In this document: one piece after another, positions 38,001-46,841 of the stretch
How the letters are laid out: every line of letters starts with the position of its first letter
Position numbering within the stretch: position 1 is the first letter of the stretch
Source: Gemmatimonadales bacterium
Lineage (GTDB): Bacteria > Gemmatimonadota > Gemmatimonadetes > Gemmatimonadales > GWC2-71-9
Assembly: GCA_965249575.1 (NCBI GenBank)
Contig: OZ252244.1
Span: forward strand, 1,568,001 to 1,632,000
Reading direction: 5' to 3'
DNA: 64,000 nucleotides
Program-made: the position numbers and the translations under genes
The notes under the pieces: model-generated
What the model saw: only the letters and a program-made list of their open reading frames with translations
Told to the model about the DNA's origin: nothing
Databases searched by the model: none

Positions 38001-38233
38001 TCGGCTAACCAACGCTCGACGGCCAGACGGGGCGGGGTGCGGAGTCCCAAGCGCCCACCTGGCTCAAGCGCGGGATCCCGCCGGAGCGCCAGGGTATCGG
38101 TCCCCAGCCGAATGGTTATCCTGGGAAGCAGGGTGTCGCCTTGTGCGCGAAGGCTCGTGCCCGGGAGGCAGAGGAGCGCGAGGGTTGTCACGAGGGCGGC
38201 GCGGGACACTTTCGATCCGGACGTGGGGTACAT
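32087..38233 (-). CDS. sprA: SprA-like very large outer-membrane beta-barrel
   Basis: 2048 aa with signal peptide; SprA-like N-terminus (VDFDSEREF..NN...YQG.EDEI...ELGNV, YELRNVY, AYIEEFEG, DTEDLNG, WRLYRIP, LWVDDIRL); beta-rich C-terminus. Confidence 0.75.
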   Translation of the reverse strand: MYPTSGSKVSRAALVTTLALLCLPGTSLRAQGDTLLPRITIRLGTDTLALRRDPALEPGGRLGLRTPPRLAVERWLAETLAQVAIARAARRRARLPDPGLVALAGAPTDTIADGPGPRPPAPLRALGEAADLGVDLRARFEVKFDRLRNERCTAFDLSDPLSSCRGGVPTPEFDQQIALRAGGVLSQRLHVNVDFDSEREFNANNNVNVFYQGLEDEILQRVELGNVTFRAPSSRFITSAIPANSFGVQVEAQVGAVELGTIVAQQKGSSLRSRVFTVGDQTTQSIDRELRDLDFETGRFFFTVDPRGLPGYPGIDILNLGVEALPPSSRPAEVRVYRLRAQFGPAGSNPNLGGIDAVAVRRDSPQRVGPFSWELLVESRDYYLDPSATWFALATRVGNNDFLAVSYITAAGDTVGTFPAINGSGDTLELVYEPRRGPEVPTFEYELRNVYRIGGRDVSRSSVKLTVLLNESERPLRGGGTYLSRLGLALSTDPSTLNEFNRVFPRERDPNGGAPVRDLFVVFPHLRPFDDGAVLLPAERIDSLYRTPTFLLRSQGPPPRFRLHLRYEASGAGDRTALNLGAIQIRDGSERLFLGNRELVRGRDYDISYDLGQVTFLNPGDLFTGPSQIRAEFEENQLFDIAPKSTLGLSATYTLGPDQRISGVALLQREQSVFTRPPLGFEPQSNLMAGITTDLVFRPTWLTRALDALPLISTSVPSQLSVNGEIAISRPNPNQAGQAYIEEFEGESGRTIPLIQNAFQLGSGPSSGRGLPLTHLSGTGGFAPGDAAALVWQNSVQTSAGVLEFQPQQIDSTIVLTGASRRIETTLWMTLKPDTVGGVPHPTSGRPRWIRPHTPGPRWRSITQPLDRSGLGVDLSRSEFIEFWVLEDANRSARRMGVTLILDFGTLFEDAVALAPDTLRVQGADTVFSGQSLVGAGRLDSEKDSLSNVFNAAVNDVGIHGDLLDSIVDGTTGRFVQGIATCQLRSSGLLPTFPLGDLSANCTRRNALADTEDLNGDNRLDRDVGTNAEDAVRYVFPVGDDRTFVRNGVSFPDSSGALLTWRLYRIPFRTDTIQIGTPNLRQVRALRITVAAPDQGPREEAVSFALARLRLLGAPWLKRSPTPIADISGIQGEAHGEVVASIVSTGNNDLGYTPPPGIVNEADRKGAEFDLASAEINERSLRLLASDLRVGERAEAFTRFVDEADKNFLRYGRLRVWARGRGVGWEERDLEFYVKVGRDAFNFYMYRTAARSTSWEPEVAVDLERWLELRAEIETAWLRGDPPSGASVCGGDSTAYVACDGPYIVHVRDPGTAPPNLARVSEVAVGMFRSRGTVAISQAELWVDDIRLTDVVADAGIAGAIDIRLSVADFADVTVTHLQKSDRFRRFGENPTFTTDAATSVRSTVRLDKLMPETWGLSAPLSVQHTRSSIDPLFISRGDVRGDAVSGLRKPEGSTTAVELSIRRTKRGGTLLERMLLDPLSVTARRQSGQAATELTTSGTTNRQLDVSYSNLAGSRSFRAVPQFLVNFVNSLPRWIRDSDFGRALGTSRIRWNPYQFRFSSTLTNNVTDRFTFRVPVEVPGDSVLKPLTSVVHTWRTSAGVEFRPFNTLVARADYSTVRDLQRYGDSTAVGRLLRRERQSLLGRDVGFERARRLQTAVNIAPVIGGWIAPRFFFGSTFSLARDPNATSPVRVNGDSAGSFRVPDALANSRRRELGWTVDLGRLARGLTGRASGVAAVFGSLLPADFSFVRERRSGLDRAPFSPSLTYHLGLGDLEDFQRPDGILSTTAVETNTRNIGGGLQIPLGFRVRANYANLDANTWSRRGESLTQTSQMSREWPSGSVSWLYTPRWGLRKLLSSITAQAQYRRVEASNVQRSNLPVNGAGSGPNRAGAEVTTENRSSTVAPSVTIAWLGGVVTAGQYVRGKREAVTSGNVTRTDREDWTVNLSFPLRIPESFARLPNAVRSALSFSSADVLVCLVRAGTADCSPVSEARRRQFDARLDTGLSPTVTAGTSFSYVLTEQRHTSTRLSQIIFTIFAEINFLAGPIR

Positions 38234-38293
38234 CTAGCTGACGGCTATCGACTTTCCGCCAGTCGACCATCGGCCAAAACGCGACGGCAAGAC

Positions 38294-39802
38294 GTGAACA
38301 TTCTCAGCCGGTATATCCTCAAGCAGCACGCCGTACCGTTTGTATTCGCGCTGTCCGCGGTCACGAGCATACTGCTCCTGAACCAAGTCGCGAAACGCTT
38401 CGGCGACCTGGTTGGGAAGGGGTTGCCCTGGGGCGTCATTCTCGAGGTCTTCGCCCTTTCCGTGCCATTCCTCGTCGCCATGACCCTGCCGATGGCTGTG
38501 CTGGTCGCGGTGCTCTATGCATTCAGCCACCTCGCGGCCGATAATGAGATCACGGCCGTAAGGGCCGGCGGTATCTCCCTGTGGCATCTCGTTCGCCCCG
38601 TGCTCCTGGCGGCGGCGATCACGTCGGTGCTCGCCTTCCTGTTTAGCGACCACGTCCTGCCGGCCTCCAACCATCGCCTCCGCACCCTGCTCATGGACAT
38701 CGGCCGCAAGAAGCCGACCTTTTCCCTGAAAGAGCAGGTCATCAACGAAGTCCAGCCCAACCGCTTTTTCCTGAGAGCCGGGCGCATCGACCAGTCGATC
38801 TTCAGGCTCAGGGACGTGACTATCTACGACCTCGCCGACCCGCAGCGCAACCGAATCGTCTATGCCGACAGCGGCTACATGGCGTTTTCCACGAATCAGC
38901 AGGACCTGCACCTCACGCTGTATGACGGATCGATTCATGAATTCGACCGCTATAATCCGAAGATGTTCCAGTACATCGGCTTCCGTAAGGACGTAATTCG
39001 CGTCGAGGGCGTGGGGAATGAGCTCAGTCGCACCATCTCCGACACCTACCGGGGGGACCGCGAGATGGGCGTCTGTGAGATGGAAGCGGTGATCCGCGAT
39101 GCCCACCGGGAGCGGCGGCTCTCCGCTGAGCGCGCCCGCACCGTTTGGGCCAACGACATCCGACCGATCGTGGGGCTCGCACCGGTCCCTCTCGACACGA
39201 CGACCCGCACAGAGCGGCCGACGCTCTATTGCCGATCCCTTGGTTGGATGACTGATTGGCTGTTGCCGTCCGACGCGGAGGCGCAAACGCGCAACCGGTC
39301 CCCCCCGAGAGTCGTCACTGGGCGCGCGTTCGACGCTTCGAACCGCGGGGCTGCTCGCGGGGTGTTCCCCCGCCGGCGTTCCGGGGAGTGGGGCGCGTTC
39401 CGCGACCGGGCGGAAGGCGCGGACATTCGGGCGGCTAATTACCTGGTCGAGGTGCATAAGAAGCGTGCGATCGCGGCCGCCTGCATCGTCTTCGTGCTGG
39501 TCGGCGTACCCGCTGCTCTCCGGTTCCCCCGCGGGGGCGTCGGGCTCGTGATCGGCCTCAGCATGGTCGTCTTCACCACCTACTACGTCGGCCTGATCGC
39601 GGGTGAGGCACTCGGCAATCGCCTGATCGTACCTCCCTTCTGGGCGATGTGGACTCCGAACTTCCTGTTCGCCACCCTGGGACTTGGGGGGCTATGGCGC
39701 TCAGGACGCGGGGCTGCACCGGCCTCGCGAGGCGACTGGAAGGAGGCTCGAGCGGCGATTCTCGGAGTGCTCCTTCGGCCCTTCAGGCGGGCACCGGCGT
39801 GA
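38294..39802 (+). CDS. lptF: LPS export ABC permease LptF-like
   Basis: ILSRYI, TLPMAVL, DNEITA..AGG, VEVHKK, AMWTPN; GTG start at 38294. Confidence 0.85.
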   Translation: MNILSRYILKQHAVPFVFALSAVTSILLLNQVAKRFGDLVGKGLPWGVILEVFALSVPFLVAMTLPMAVLVAVLYAFSHLAADNEITAVRAGGISLWHLVRPVLLAAAITSVLAFLFSDHVLPASNHRLRTLLMDIGRKKPTFSLKEQVINEVQPNRFFLRAGRIDQSIFRLRDVTIYDLADPQRNRIVYADSGYMAFSTNQQDLHLTLYDGSIHEFDRYNPKMFQYIGFRKDVIRVEGVGNELSRTISDTYRGDREMGVCEMEAVIRDAHRERRLSAERARTVWANDIRPIVGLAPVPLDTTTRTERPTLYCRSLGWMTDWLLPSDAEAQTRNRSPPRVVTGRAFDASNRGAARGVFPRRRSGEWGAFRDRAEGADIRAANYLVEVHKKRAIAAACIVFVLVGVPAALRFPRGGVGLVIGLSMVVFTTYYVGLIAGEALGNRLIVPPFWAMWTPNFLFATLGLGGLWRSGRGAAPASRGDWKEARAAILGVLLRPFRRAPA

Positions 39803-40884
39803 GGTACTACAACATTCTCGATCATTACCTCTTGAGGGAGTGGCGGAGGATTTTCCTGATCACGGCGCTCGGGTTCCCGATAATCGTGATCGCCATCGAA
39901 CTGACCGACAAGCTCGACCGATACCTGTCACGCGGCCTCTCGCCGAAGACCATCGCGATGAGCTATCTGTTCGCCGTGCCGGACAAGATCTTCATGATCC
40001 TGCCCGCGGCTGTCCTTTTCGCTACCGTCTTCAGCATCGGATCCATGGGCCGGCATTCCGAGCTCACGGCTGCCAAGGCATCTGGCCGGAGCTTCCACCG
40101 ATTGGTCGCGCCGGTCCTCCTCGCCGGCCTGTTCGCCACGTTCGCCGGCTTGGTCCTGGCCGAAATAGCGCCCCCGGCAACCCGCCGGCAGCTCGAACTG
40201 CTCGGCGAGCGCCGGGATCGGACGCAACCGACCCGCTATAACTTCGTATACCGCGCTGACGAGGGTTGGGTCTACACCATCCGCTCGCTCGAAATCGAAG
40301 AAGGCATTATGCGGGACATCGTCCTCGCACGAGAAGGAGTTGGGGAAGACTACCCCACGCTCGCCGTCCAAGCTTACTTCGCGCAGTACGTCGATTCATT
40401 GAACCGCTGGCGGCTGGGGGACGGTCACCTTCGGGTAGTCGCGGGCGAGCCCCAGGAACTGACGTTCGTATTCGACTCCATGTATCACCGCGGCCTGGTC
40501 GAGTCCCCGGCCGACCTGCTCGCGGAACCGAAGGCCCCGGAGGAGATGCGCTACGGCGAGCTGGCCCGTTACATTAAGGCGCTCGAGCGCTCGGGAGCGG
40601 ACACCCGGAAACTTCGGGTCGATCACTCCCTGAAAATCGCGATACCGGTCACCTGCCTCGTCATCGCCTTTTTTGGCGCTCCCTTGGCCATTACGTCGCC
40701 GCGTGCGAGCGGTGCCCTCGGCATCGCGATCAGCCTGGGTACCACCATCATGTTCCTCACGTTGATCCAGCTCTCCCGCGCCGTCGGCTCGGGTGGTGTG
40801 CTGCCTCCCACCCTGGCGGCCTGGATGCCGAACGCGGTGTTTGGATCGATCGGTCTCGTGCTTTTTGTACGCGCCCCGACCTAA
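39799..40884 (+). CDS. lptG: LPS export ABC permease LptG-like
   Basis: LDHYL, SELTAAKASG, PEEM, KIAIP, AAWMPN; GTGA overlap with lptF. Confidence 0.85.
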   Translation: MRYYNILDHYLLREWRRIFLITALGFPIIVIAIELTDKLDRYLSRGLSPKTIAMSYLFAVPDKIFMILPAAVLFATVFSIGSMGRHSELTAAKASGRSFHRLVAPVLLAGLFATFAGLVLAEIAPPATRRQLELLGERRDRTQPTRYNFVYRADEGWVYTIRSLEIEEGIMRDIVLAREGVGEDYPTLAVQAYFAQYVDSLNRWRLGDGHLRVVAGEPQELTFVFDSMYHRGLVESPADLLAEPKAPEEMRYGELARYIKALERSGADTRKLRVDHSLKIAIPVTCLVIAFFGAPLAITSPRASGALGIAISLGTTIMFLTLIQLSRAVGSGGVLPPTLAAWMPNAVFGSIGLVLFVRAPT

Positions 40885-40958
40885 CGGCGCTCCACGGCCT
40901 TGCCTATCTCCTCCCTCCCACCTATCCCTTCTATCCACCAATACGCGCAAGCCATTCA

Positions 40959-41960
40959 ATGGACCCAATCGCTCTCACGCGTGAGCTCGTTCAAATCGAT
41001 TCGCCCACTGGTGAGGAAGGCCCGGTAGGGCGTTTTCTCGCGGAGCAGTTGGAGGGTCTTGGGTATGCCGTGAAGCGGCAGGAGGTGACGCCCGGACGCT
41101 GGAATCTGTACGCCGTGAGGGAGGCCCCGAAGGTCGTCTTTTCAACCCACATCGACACGGTCCCTCCGACGCTCCCGTTTCGTGAGGATGAGACCCACCT
41201 CCACGGGCGGGGAGCATGCGACGCAAAGGGGATCGCTGCCGCCCAGGTTGCGGCGGCAGAGCGACTGGCATCAGACGGCGAGCGCCGGGTTGCTCTCCTG
41301 TTCGTTGTTGGTGAGGAGTACGGATCCGACGGGGCGCGCGCGGCTGCGGCCCTCGAGCCCAAGGGCGAGTTCATCATCAACGGAGAGCCAACGGACAATC
41401 GTCTCGCCCTGGGACACAAGGGAGCGCTATACGTCAAGCTCACCGCGGCCGGCCGCACAGCACATTCCGCCTATCCAGAAGAAGGAGTTTCGGCCGTCGA
41501 TGGGATGCTCGACGCCCTTGTCCGGATACGCGAAATCCCTCTCCCGGTGGACGACGTTTTGGGGGAGAGCACCCTGAACATCGGCACAATCACCGGCGGG
41601 ATCCGTCCCAACGTGATCCCGGACGCGTGCGCGAGCGAGCTCCTGATCAGAACGGTTCGCGATTCCGCGGAGCTCCGGACCGCGATCGTTCGGGCCGGCG
41701 GCGACGACATAACGGTGGAGTTTCCCTGGGAAATGCCGTGGGTCCGACTGCAGGCCCCGCCGGGATTCGAGACCACCGTCGTCCGATTCGCCACCGACCT
41801 CCCGTACCATCACTCGTGGGGTGAGGGCTTTTTGCTGGGACCCGGTTCGATCCGCGTCGCGCACACGAACGAGGAGCGGGTCGAGAAGCAGGAGTTACTA
41901 GACGGAGTGGAGACGTATCACCGGCTTGTTGCCACGCTGCTCGCGCGGGACGGCTCGTGA
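40959..41960 (+). CDS. M20 metallohydrolase (ArgE/DapE-like), likely the acyl-DAP deacylase of this operon
   Basis: HIDTVP, GRGACDAKG, GEE, GEPT, AHSAYP, GPG...AH. Confidence 0.85.
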   Translation: MDPIALTRELVQIDSPTGEEGPVGRFLAEQLEGLGYAVKRQEVTPGRWNLYAVREAPKVVFSTHIDTVPPTLPFREDETHLHGRGACDAKGIAAAQVAAAERLASDGERRVALLFVVGEEYGSDGARAAAALEPKGEFIINGEPTDNRLALGHKGALYVKLTAAGRTAHSAYPEEGVSAVDGMLDALVRIREIPLPVDDVLGESTLNIGTITGGIRPNVIPDACASELLIRTVRDSAELRTAIVRAGGDDITVEFPWEMPWVRLQAPPGFETTVVRFATDLPYHHSWGEGFLLGPGSIRVAHTNEERVEKQELLDGVETYHRLVATLLARDGS

Positions 41961-42997
41961 CGTCCGAGAGAATACCGGTCGCCGTCTTGGGCGCAACGGG
42001 GACTGTTGGCCAGAAGTTCGTGAGGCTGCTCAGCGACCACCCCTGGTTCGAGATCGCCTCCGTGGCGGCTTCGGAGCGGAGCGCCGGCAAGCGCTACCGC
42101 GACGCAGCCCGCTGGCTCGAGCCGACTGCTCTCCCATCTCACCTTGGCAACCTCGAAGTCGCCCGGTGCGAGCCGGGTATCCCCGGGGCAATCGCATTCT
42201 CCGGGTTGGATGCGGGGGTGGCTGAGTCGATCGAAGGGGCATTCGCGGCCGCTGGTTACATGGTCGTGAGTAACGCCCGGTCGTACCGCATGGAGGCGGA
42301 TATCCCGCTCGTGATTCCCGAGGTCAACTCCGAAACGCTCGCGTTGCTGCCCGAGCAGCGGCGGGATCGCGGCTGGACCGGCGGGATCGTAACGAACCCC
42401 AATTGCTCCACCGTAGTGTTGGCGATGGCCCTCGCGCCCCTGCACCGGGCATTTGGTGTCGAACGGGTGTTCGTGAGCACCATGCAGGCAGCCTCTGGTG
42501 CTGGCTACCCCGGCGTTCCGGCACTCGACCTGCTAGGTAACGTGATCCCAGGCGTGGCGGGGGAAGAGGGAAAGATGGAGCGGGAGACCCGGAAGATCCT
42601 TGGCGCTGACATCGATTTGAGCGTGCACACAAATCGCGTGTCGGTAGTCGACGGTCACACGGAGTCCGTGTCGGTAGGGCTGGGTGAGCGGGTGCCCCCG
42701 GCGGCGGCGGCCGACGCTTTCCGCCGTTTTCGGGGGCCGCCGGAAGTCGAGGGTTTGCCGAGCGCCCCTTGTCCGCCCATCGTCGTGACGGAGGTGCCAG
42801 ACCGCCCTCAGCCACGACTCGATGCGTGGCTCGGCGGTGGGATGCAAGTTACGATAGGCCGCGTACGCCCGTGCCCAATCCTCGATCTCCGGTTCACGGC
42901 CCTGGCCCACAACGCCGTGCGCGGCGCCGCCGGCGCTGCGATCCTGAATGCGGAGCTGCTGGTGTCCCGAAAACTCGTCGCGGGAGCAGGCGGATGA
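41957..42997 (+). CDS. asd: Aspartate-semialdehyde dehydrogenase
   Basis: GATGTVGQ, PEVN, TNPNCST, QAASGAG, HN..RGAAG. Confidence 0.95.
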   Translation: MTSERIPVAVLGATGTVGQKFVRLLSDHPWFEIASVAASERSAGKRYRDAARWLEPTALPSHLGNLEVARCEPGIPGAIAFSGLDAGVAESIEGAFAAAGYMVVSNARSYRMEADIPLVIPEVNSETLALLPEQRRDRGWTGGIVTNPNCSTVVLAMALAPLHRAFGVERVFVSTMQAASGAGYPGVPALDLLGNVIPGVAGEEGKMERETRKILGADIDLSVHTNRVSVVDGHTESVSVGLGERVPPAAAADAFRRFRGPPEVEGLPSAPCPPIVVTEVPDRPQPRLDAWLGGGMQVTIGRVRPCPILDLRFTALAHNAVRGAAGAAILNAELLVSRKLVAGAGG

Positions 42998-44352
42998 TCG
43001 CGATGAAGTTCGGTGGCACGTCGGTCGGCGACGGCGAGCGTATCGGCCGGGTGGCCGACATCATCGGATCGCGGGCGGCACGCAAGCCGGTCGTCGTCGT
43101 GTCGGCCATCGCGGGCGTGACCGATCGACTGCTCGACGCGGCACGCCTAGCAGCCGAGGGCGACCTGCGGTCGGCGCGTGCGATTCAGCGAGAGCTCAAG
43201 GACTTGCATCTCGAAGCGATCGATCGGGCCGTCTGCCAGCCAACGCCGAGGGAACTCGCACAGCAATCGGTGGAAAAGCACTTCAATGGACTCCATCTTA
43301 TGCTCAAAGCCCTCGCGCTCCTGCGTGAGGGCGGCGGGCGGGCCCAAGATGCCGTCGTCTCACACGGCGAGCTATGGAGCGCCACGATTCTAGCCCGGGC
43401 GCTCGAGGCGCGCGGCCTGCCGGGAACGTTCGTTGACGCGCGCGACGTGATCGTCACAGACGACCGGTTCGGCCGGGCCGTACCGGACCGTGCCCTCTTG
43501 GCCGAGCGCGCCCACGCGCATATAGCCAGTGCGATCAGAAAACGCCGGATACCGGTCACCCAGGGGTTTGTTGGTGCCACTGTCGACGGTGTCCCGACCA
43601 CGATCGGCCGCGGCGGATCAGATTACACGGCCGCGCTATTGGGAGAGGCGCTGGGAGCAGAGGAGGTGGAAATCTGGACCGACGCAGACGGCCTTATGAC
43701 GGCCGATCCGAGGGTCGTCCCCGAGGCGTGCACGTTGCCCGAAGCGAGCTACGAAGAGGCGGCTGAGCTGGCGTATTTCGGCGCGCACGTCCTGCACCCC
43801 GCAACCATCCTCCCGGTGGTGGAACGGGGCATTCCGGTCCGAATCAAGAACACCCTGCAACCCGACGTTGAGGGAACCAAGATCACCCCGCGCGCTCATC
43901 CAACCGATTCGACCGTCAAGTCCATCGCTTCGAAGCGCGGCGTCACCACCATCAACCTCAGAGCGCCCAGGATGCTCGGGGCGCACGGTTTCTTGCGGGC
44001 CATGTTCGACGTGTTCGACCGGCACCACGTCGCGGTGGACGTCGTCACCACCAGCGAGGTCAGTGTGTCCGTGTCCTTGGAGAACGGATCCGCGGGCAGC
44101 GAGTTGCTGGCCGACCTCGGGGTTCTTGGCGACGTCACGGTGGCGAGGGACCGCACCATCGTCTGTGTGGTCGGGGAGGGCTTGCGCGATGCGGCCGGCG
44201 TGGCCGCGCGCATCTTCGCCGCGCTGGAATCGGTAACCATCGAGATGATCTCGCAGGGGGCGTCCAAGATCAACGTGACCTTTGTCGTCCAGGACGTCCA
44301 TGCGGAGGACGTAGTGAGGAGGCTCCACGCCGAGTTCTTTCCACCAGCCTGA
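42994..44352 (+). CDS. lysC: Aspartate kinase
   Basis: MKFGGTSV, GRGGSDYTA, WTD.DG..TADP, ACT domains; start ATG 42994. Confidence 0.95.
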   Translation: MIAMKFGGTSVGDGERIGRVADIIGSRAARKPVVVVSAIAGVTDRLLDAARLAAEGDLRSARAIQRELKDLHLEAIDRAVCQPTPRELAQQSVEKHFNGLHLMLKALALLREGGGRAQDAVVSHGELWSATILARALEARGLPGTFVDARDVIVTDDRFGRAVPDRALLAERAHAHIASAIRKRRIPVTQGFVGATVDGVPTTIGRGGSDYTAALLGEALGAEEVEIWTDADGLMTADPRVVPEACTLPEASYEEAAELAYFGAHVLHPATILPVVERGIPVRIKNTLQPDVEGTKITPRAHPTDSTVKSIASKRGVTTINLRAPRMLGAHGFLRAMFDVFDRHHVAVDVVTTSEVSVSVSLENGSAGSELLADLGVLGDVTVARDRTIVCVVGEGLRDAAGVAARIFAALESVTIEMISQGASKINVTFVVQDVHAEDVVRRLHAEFFPPA

Positions 44353-44361
44353 CTGGGGCCC

Positions 44362-45048
44362 GTGCGCATAGCGATCGTCGGCTACGGAAAAATGGGGCGA
44401 ACGGTGGCGGAGCTGGCGCGAGCCGATGGCGAGGAAGTCGTCGCCGAGCTCGATGTCGGGGACTTGTCGCGCGAGGGGGTGGCAGGGACCGATGTGGCGA
44501 TCGAGTTCACCGAACCACTCGCGGCAGCCGACAACCTAATCCAGCTCGCATCATTCGGCGTCCCGGTCGTGAGTGGCACGACAGGGTGGTATGACCGGCT
44601 CCCCGAGGTTCGGCACGCCGTGGACGACGCGGGTTCGGCGCTCGTATATGCGCCCAACTTCTCGGTCGGTGTGCAACTTCTGCTTCAAATCGCTAGCGAG
44701 GCAGCCCGCGTCCTGGCTTCGCGACCCGAGTTCGAGCCATACATCATTGAAACTCACCATCGGGAGAAAAAGGATGCGCCGTCAGGCACCGCGGTCCACC
44801 TTCGCGATACGGTCCGCGCCGCGGACCCCAGCCGCGAGTACCCGGTGACCAGCGTGCGTGCTGGGCATGTGCCGGGGACGCACGAACTGCGCATCGAGGG
44901 GCCGGGGGAGTCCCTGACCATCGCGCACGCTGCGCGCGACCGAACGATTTTCGCCCGGGGCGCGCTGGTGGCAGCCCGCTGGCTAGCCGCCAGTCGGCGC
45001 CGGGGCGTCTTTACATTCCGAGACGTGCTCTTCGGGACGGACGGATGA
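44362..45048 (+). CDS. dapB: 4-hydroxy-tetrahydrodipicolinate reductase
   Basis: GYGKMG, GTTG, APNFS, E.HH..KKDAPSGTA. Confidence 0.95.
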   Translation: MRIAIVGYGKMGRTVAELARADGEEVVAELDVGDLSREGVAGTDVAIEFTEPLAAADNLIQLASFGVPVVSGTTGWYDRLPEVRHAVDDAGSALVYAPNFSVGVQLLLQIASEAARVLASRPEFEPYIIETHHREKKDAPSGTAVHLRDTVRAADPSREYPVTSVRAGHVPGTHELRIEGPGESLTIAHAARDRTIFARGALVAARWLAASRRRGVFTFRDVLFGTDG

Positions 45049-45929
45049 CCAGACTTCAGGGGTGCGGAACCGCGCTCGTTACGCCGATGAAACCCGACGG
45101 GGCCATCGACGTGCCGGCGCTCCAGGCACTCGTCGAGTGGCAAATCACCGACGGCATCGATTTCCTCGTACCCTGCGGGACCACCGGTGAAGCCGTTACC
45201 CTGTCGCCGAACGAGCGGCGCGACGTCGTACGGACCGTCGTGCAGACCTCGGCCGGAAGGGTCAAAGTGATCGCGGGCGCGACGTCGAATGACACGAGGG
45301 TGGCCGCGAGCGATGCGAAGGCGATGGCCGACGCCGGCGCCGACTTCATCCTGTCGGCAACACCCCCCTACAACAAGCCCACGGGGGAGGGGCTCTACCG
45401 GCACTTCGGGGCGGTGGCCGATGCCGCGGGGCGACCCGTCGTTCTCTACAACGTGCCCGGCCGGACCGCCGTGAACATGGACGCCGCCACGACGCTACGC
45501 CTGGCCGCACGGGAGGGCATTGCCGCGATCAAAGAGGCGAGCGGCAACATCGGCCAGATCATGGAGATCGTCCGCGGCCGACCGGACGACTTCAGCGTGC
45601 TCTCCGGAGACGATGCGACCGCGCTTGCCTTGATGGCCGTTGGCGGCGACGGCGTGATCTCGGTCGTATCGAATGAGCTACCGGGCGCGATGGTGAAGCT
45701 CGTCCGCGCGGCATTGAAAGGTGATTACGTGAGCGCACGCCAGATTCACTATCGGCTTCTGCCCCTCATGAACGCGAATTTCCTCGAGCCAAATCCCATT
45801 CCGGTAAAGACCGCTCTCCACACGATGGGACGCATTGCCGAAGGCATTCGGCTCCCCCTCGTTCCGCTGACCGACGCCAAACGCCCCCCCCTACTTGCCG
45901 CCCTCCGCGAGGCCGGAGCGCTCGAGTGA
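45045..45929 (+). CDS. dapA: 4-hydroxy-tetrahydrodipicolinate synthase
   Basis: [33 protein letters not shown]. Confidence 0.96.
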   Translation: MTRLQGCGTALVTPMKPDGAIDVPALQALVEWQITDGIDFLVPCGTTGEAVTLSPNERRDVVRTVVQTSAGRVKVIAGATSNDTRVAASDAKAMADAGADFILSATPPYNKPTGEGLYRHFGAVADAAGRPVVLYNVPGRTAVNMDAATTLRLAAREGIAAIKEASGNIGQIMEIVRGRPDDFSVLSGDDATALALMAVGGDGVISVVSNELPGAMVKLVRAALKGDYVSARQIHYRLLPLMNANFLEPNPIPVKTALHTMGRIAEGIRLPLVPLTDAKRPPLLAALREAGALE

Positions 45930-46771
45930 CGCACGAGCTCGAGCGGGACATCCTCGCCCTCGCGGACGGCGTGCCGCCGGGACGGGAGGCAGAGGCACGC
46001 CGTGTCTTCTCGAATCTCCTCAGCCGACTCGACGCAGGCGAAGTGAGGGCGGCGACCCGCTCGAGTGACGGCACGTGGCGGGCGAACGCGTGGGTGAAGA
46101 AAGGCATCCTGCTCGGGTTCAGGCTGGGAACCATCGCCGATATGACCGGAAGTGGTGCCCTCCCGTTCTTCGACAAGGACACGCTTCCGCTGAAGCCGCT
46201 CCAGCTAGACAACGGGGTGCGGATCGTCCCGGGCGGCTCGTCGATCCGCTCCGGAGCGTTCGTAGCAAGCGGCGTGGTGTGCATGCCACCGATGTACGTC
46301 AACATCGGTGCGTACGTCGATGAGGGGACAATGATCGACTCGCATGCCTTGGTGGGCTCGTGCGCTCAGATCGGCAAGCGCGTGCACCTATCGGCCGGCG
46401 CACAGGTCGGCGGGGTGCTGGAGCCAGCCGGCGCCCTACCAGTGATAGTCGAGGACGATGTGCTCGTGGGGGGTAACTGCGGTGTCTACGAGGGCACCAT
46501 CGTGCGGGAGGGCTCCGTGCTCGCGCCCGGGACCATCCTCACCAGCGGCACGCCGGTATACGACGTAGTCCACGACGAGGTGTACCGGCGCACCGACGAT
46601 CGGCCACTAGAGATCCCGAGTGGAGCCGTGGTCGTGCCGGGATCGCGCCCGATCGCCCGCGGACCCGGGAAAGAGCTCGGCCTTTCCGTGTACACTCCGG
46701 TCGTGATCAAGTATCGCGACGCGCGAACCGAGTCCGCCGTGCAGCTGGAGGAGTTGCTCCGGCCACAGTAG
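45926..46771 (+). CDS. dapD: Tetrahydrodipicolinate N-succinyltransferase
   Basis: [27 protein letters not shown]. Confidence 0.93.
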   Translation: MTHELERDILALADGVPPGREAEARRVFSNLLSRLDAGEVRAATRSSDGTWRANAWVKKGILLGFRLGTIADMTGSGALPFFDKDTLPLKPLQLDNGVRIVPGGSSIRSGAFVASGVVCMPPMYVNIGAYVDEGTMIDSHALVGSCAQIGKRVHLSAGAQVGGVLEPAGALPVIVEDDVLVGGNCGVYEGTIVREGSVLAPGTILTSGTPVYDVVHDEVYRRTDDRPLEIPSGAVVVPGSRPIARGPGKELGLSVYTPVVIKYRDARTESAVQLEELLRPQ

Positions 46772-46841
46772 GGGGTTCACGACCTGACGGGCCAATGACG
46801 CATCAATTGGCGGCCGCCTCCCGCCTCAGCCGCTCCGCGCT

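Noticed and set aside
38234..39457. 407-aa minus-strand ORF abutting sprA
   Set aside because: Antisense to lptF; low-complexity composition
40885..40958. Lysine riboswitch or attenuator before the dap operon
   Set aside because: Only 74 bp, pyrimidine-rich, with no suitable structure or leader peptide
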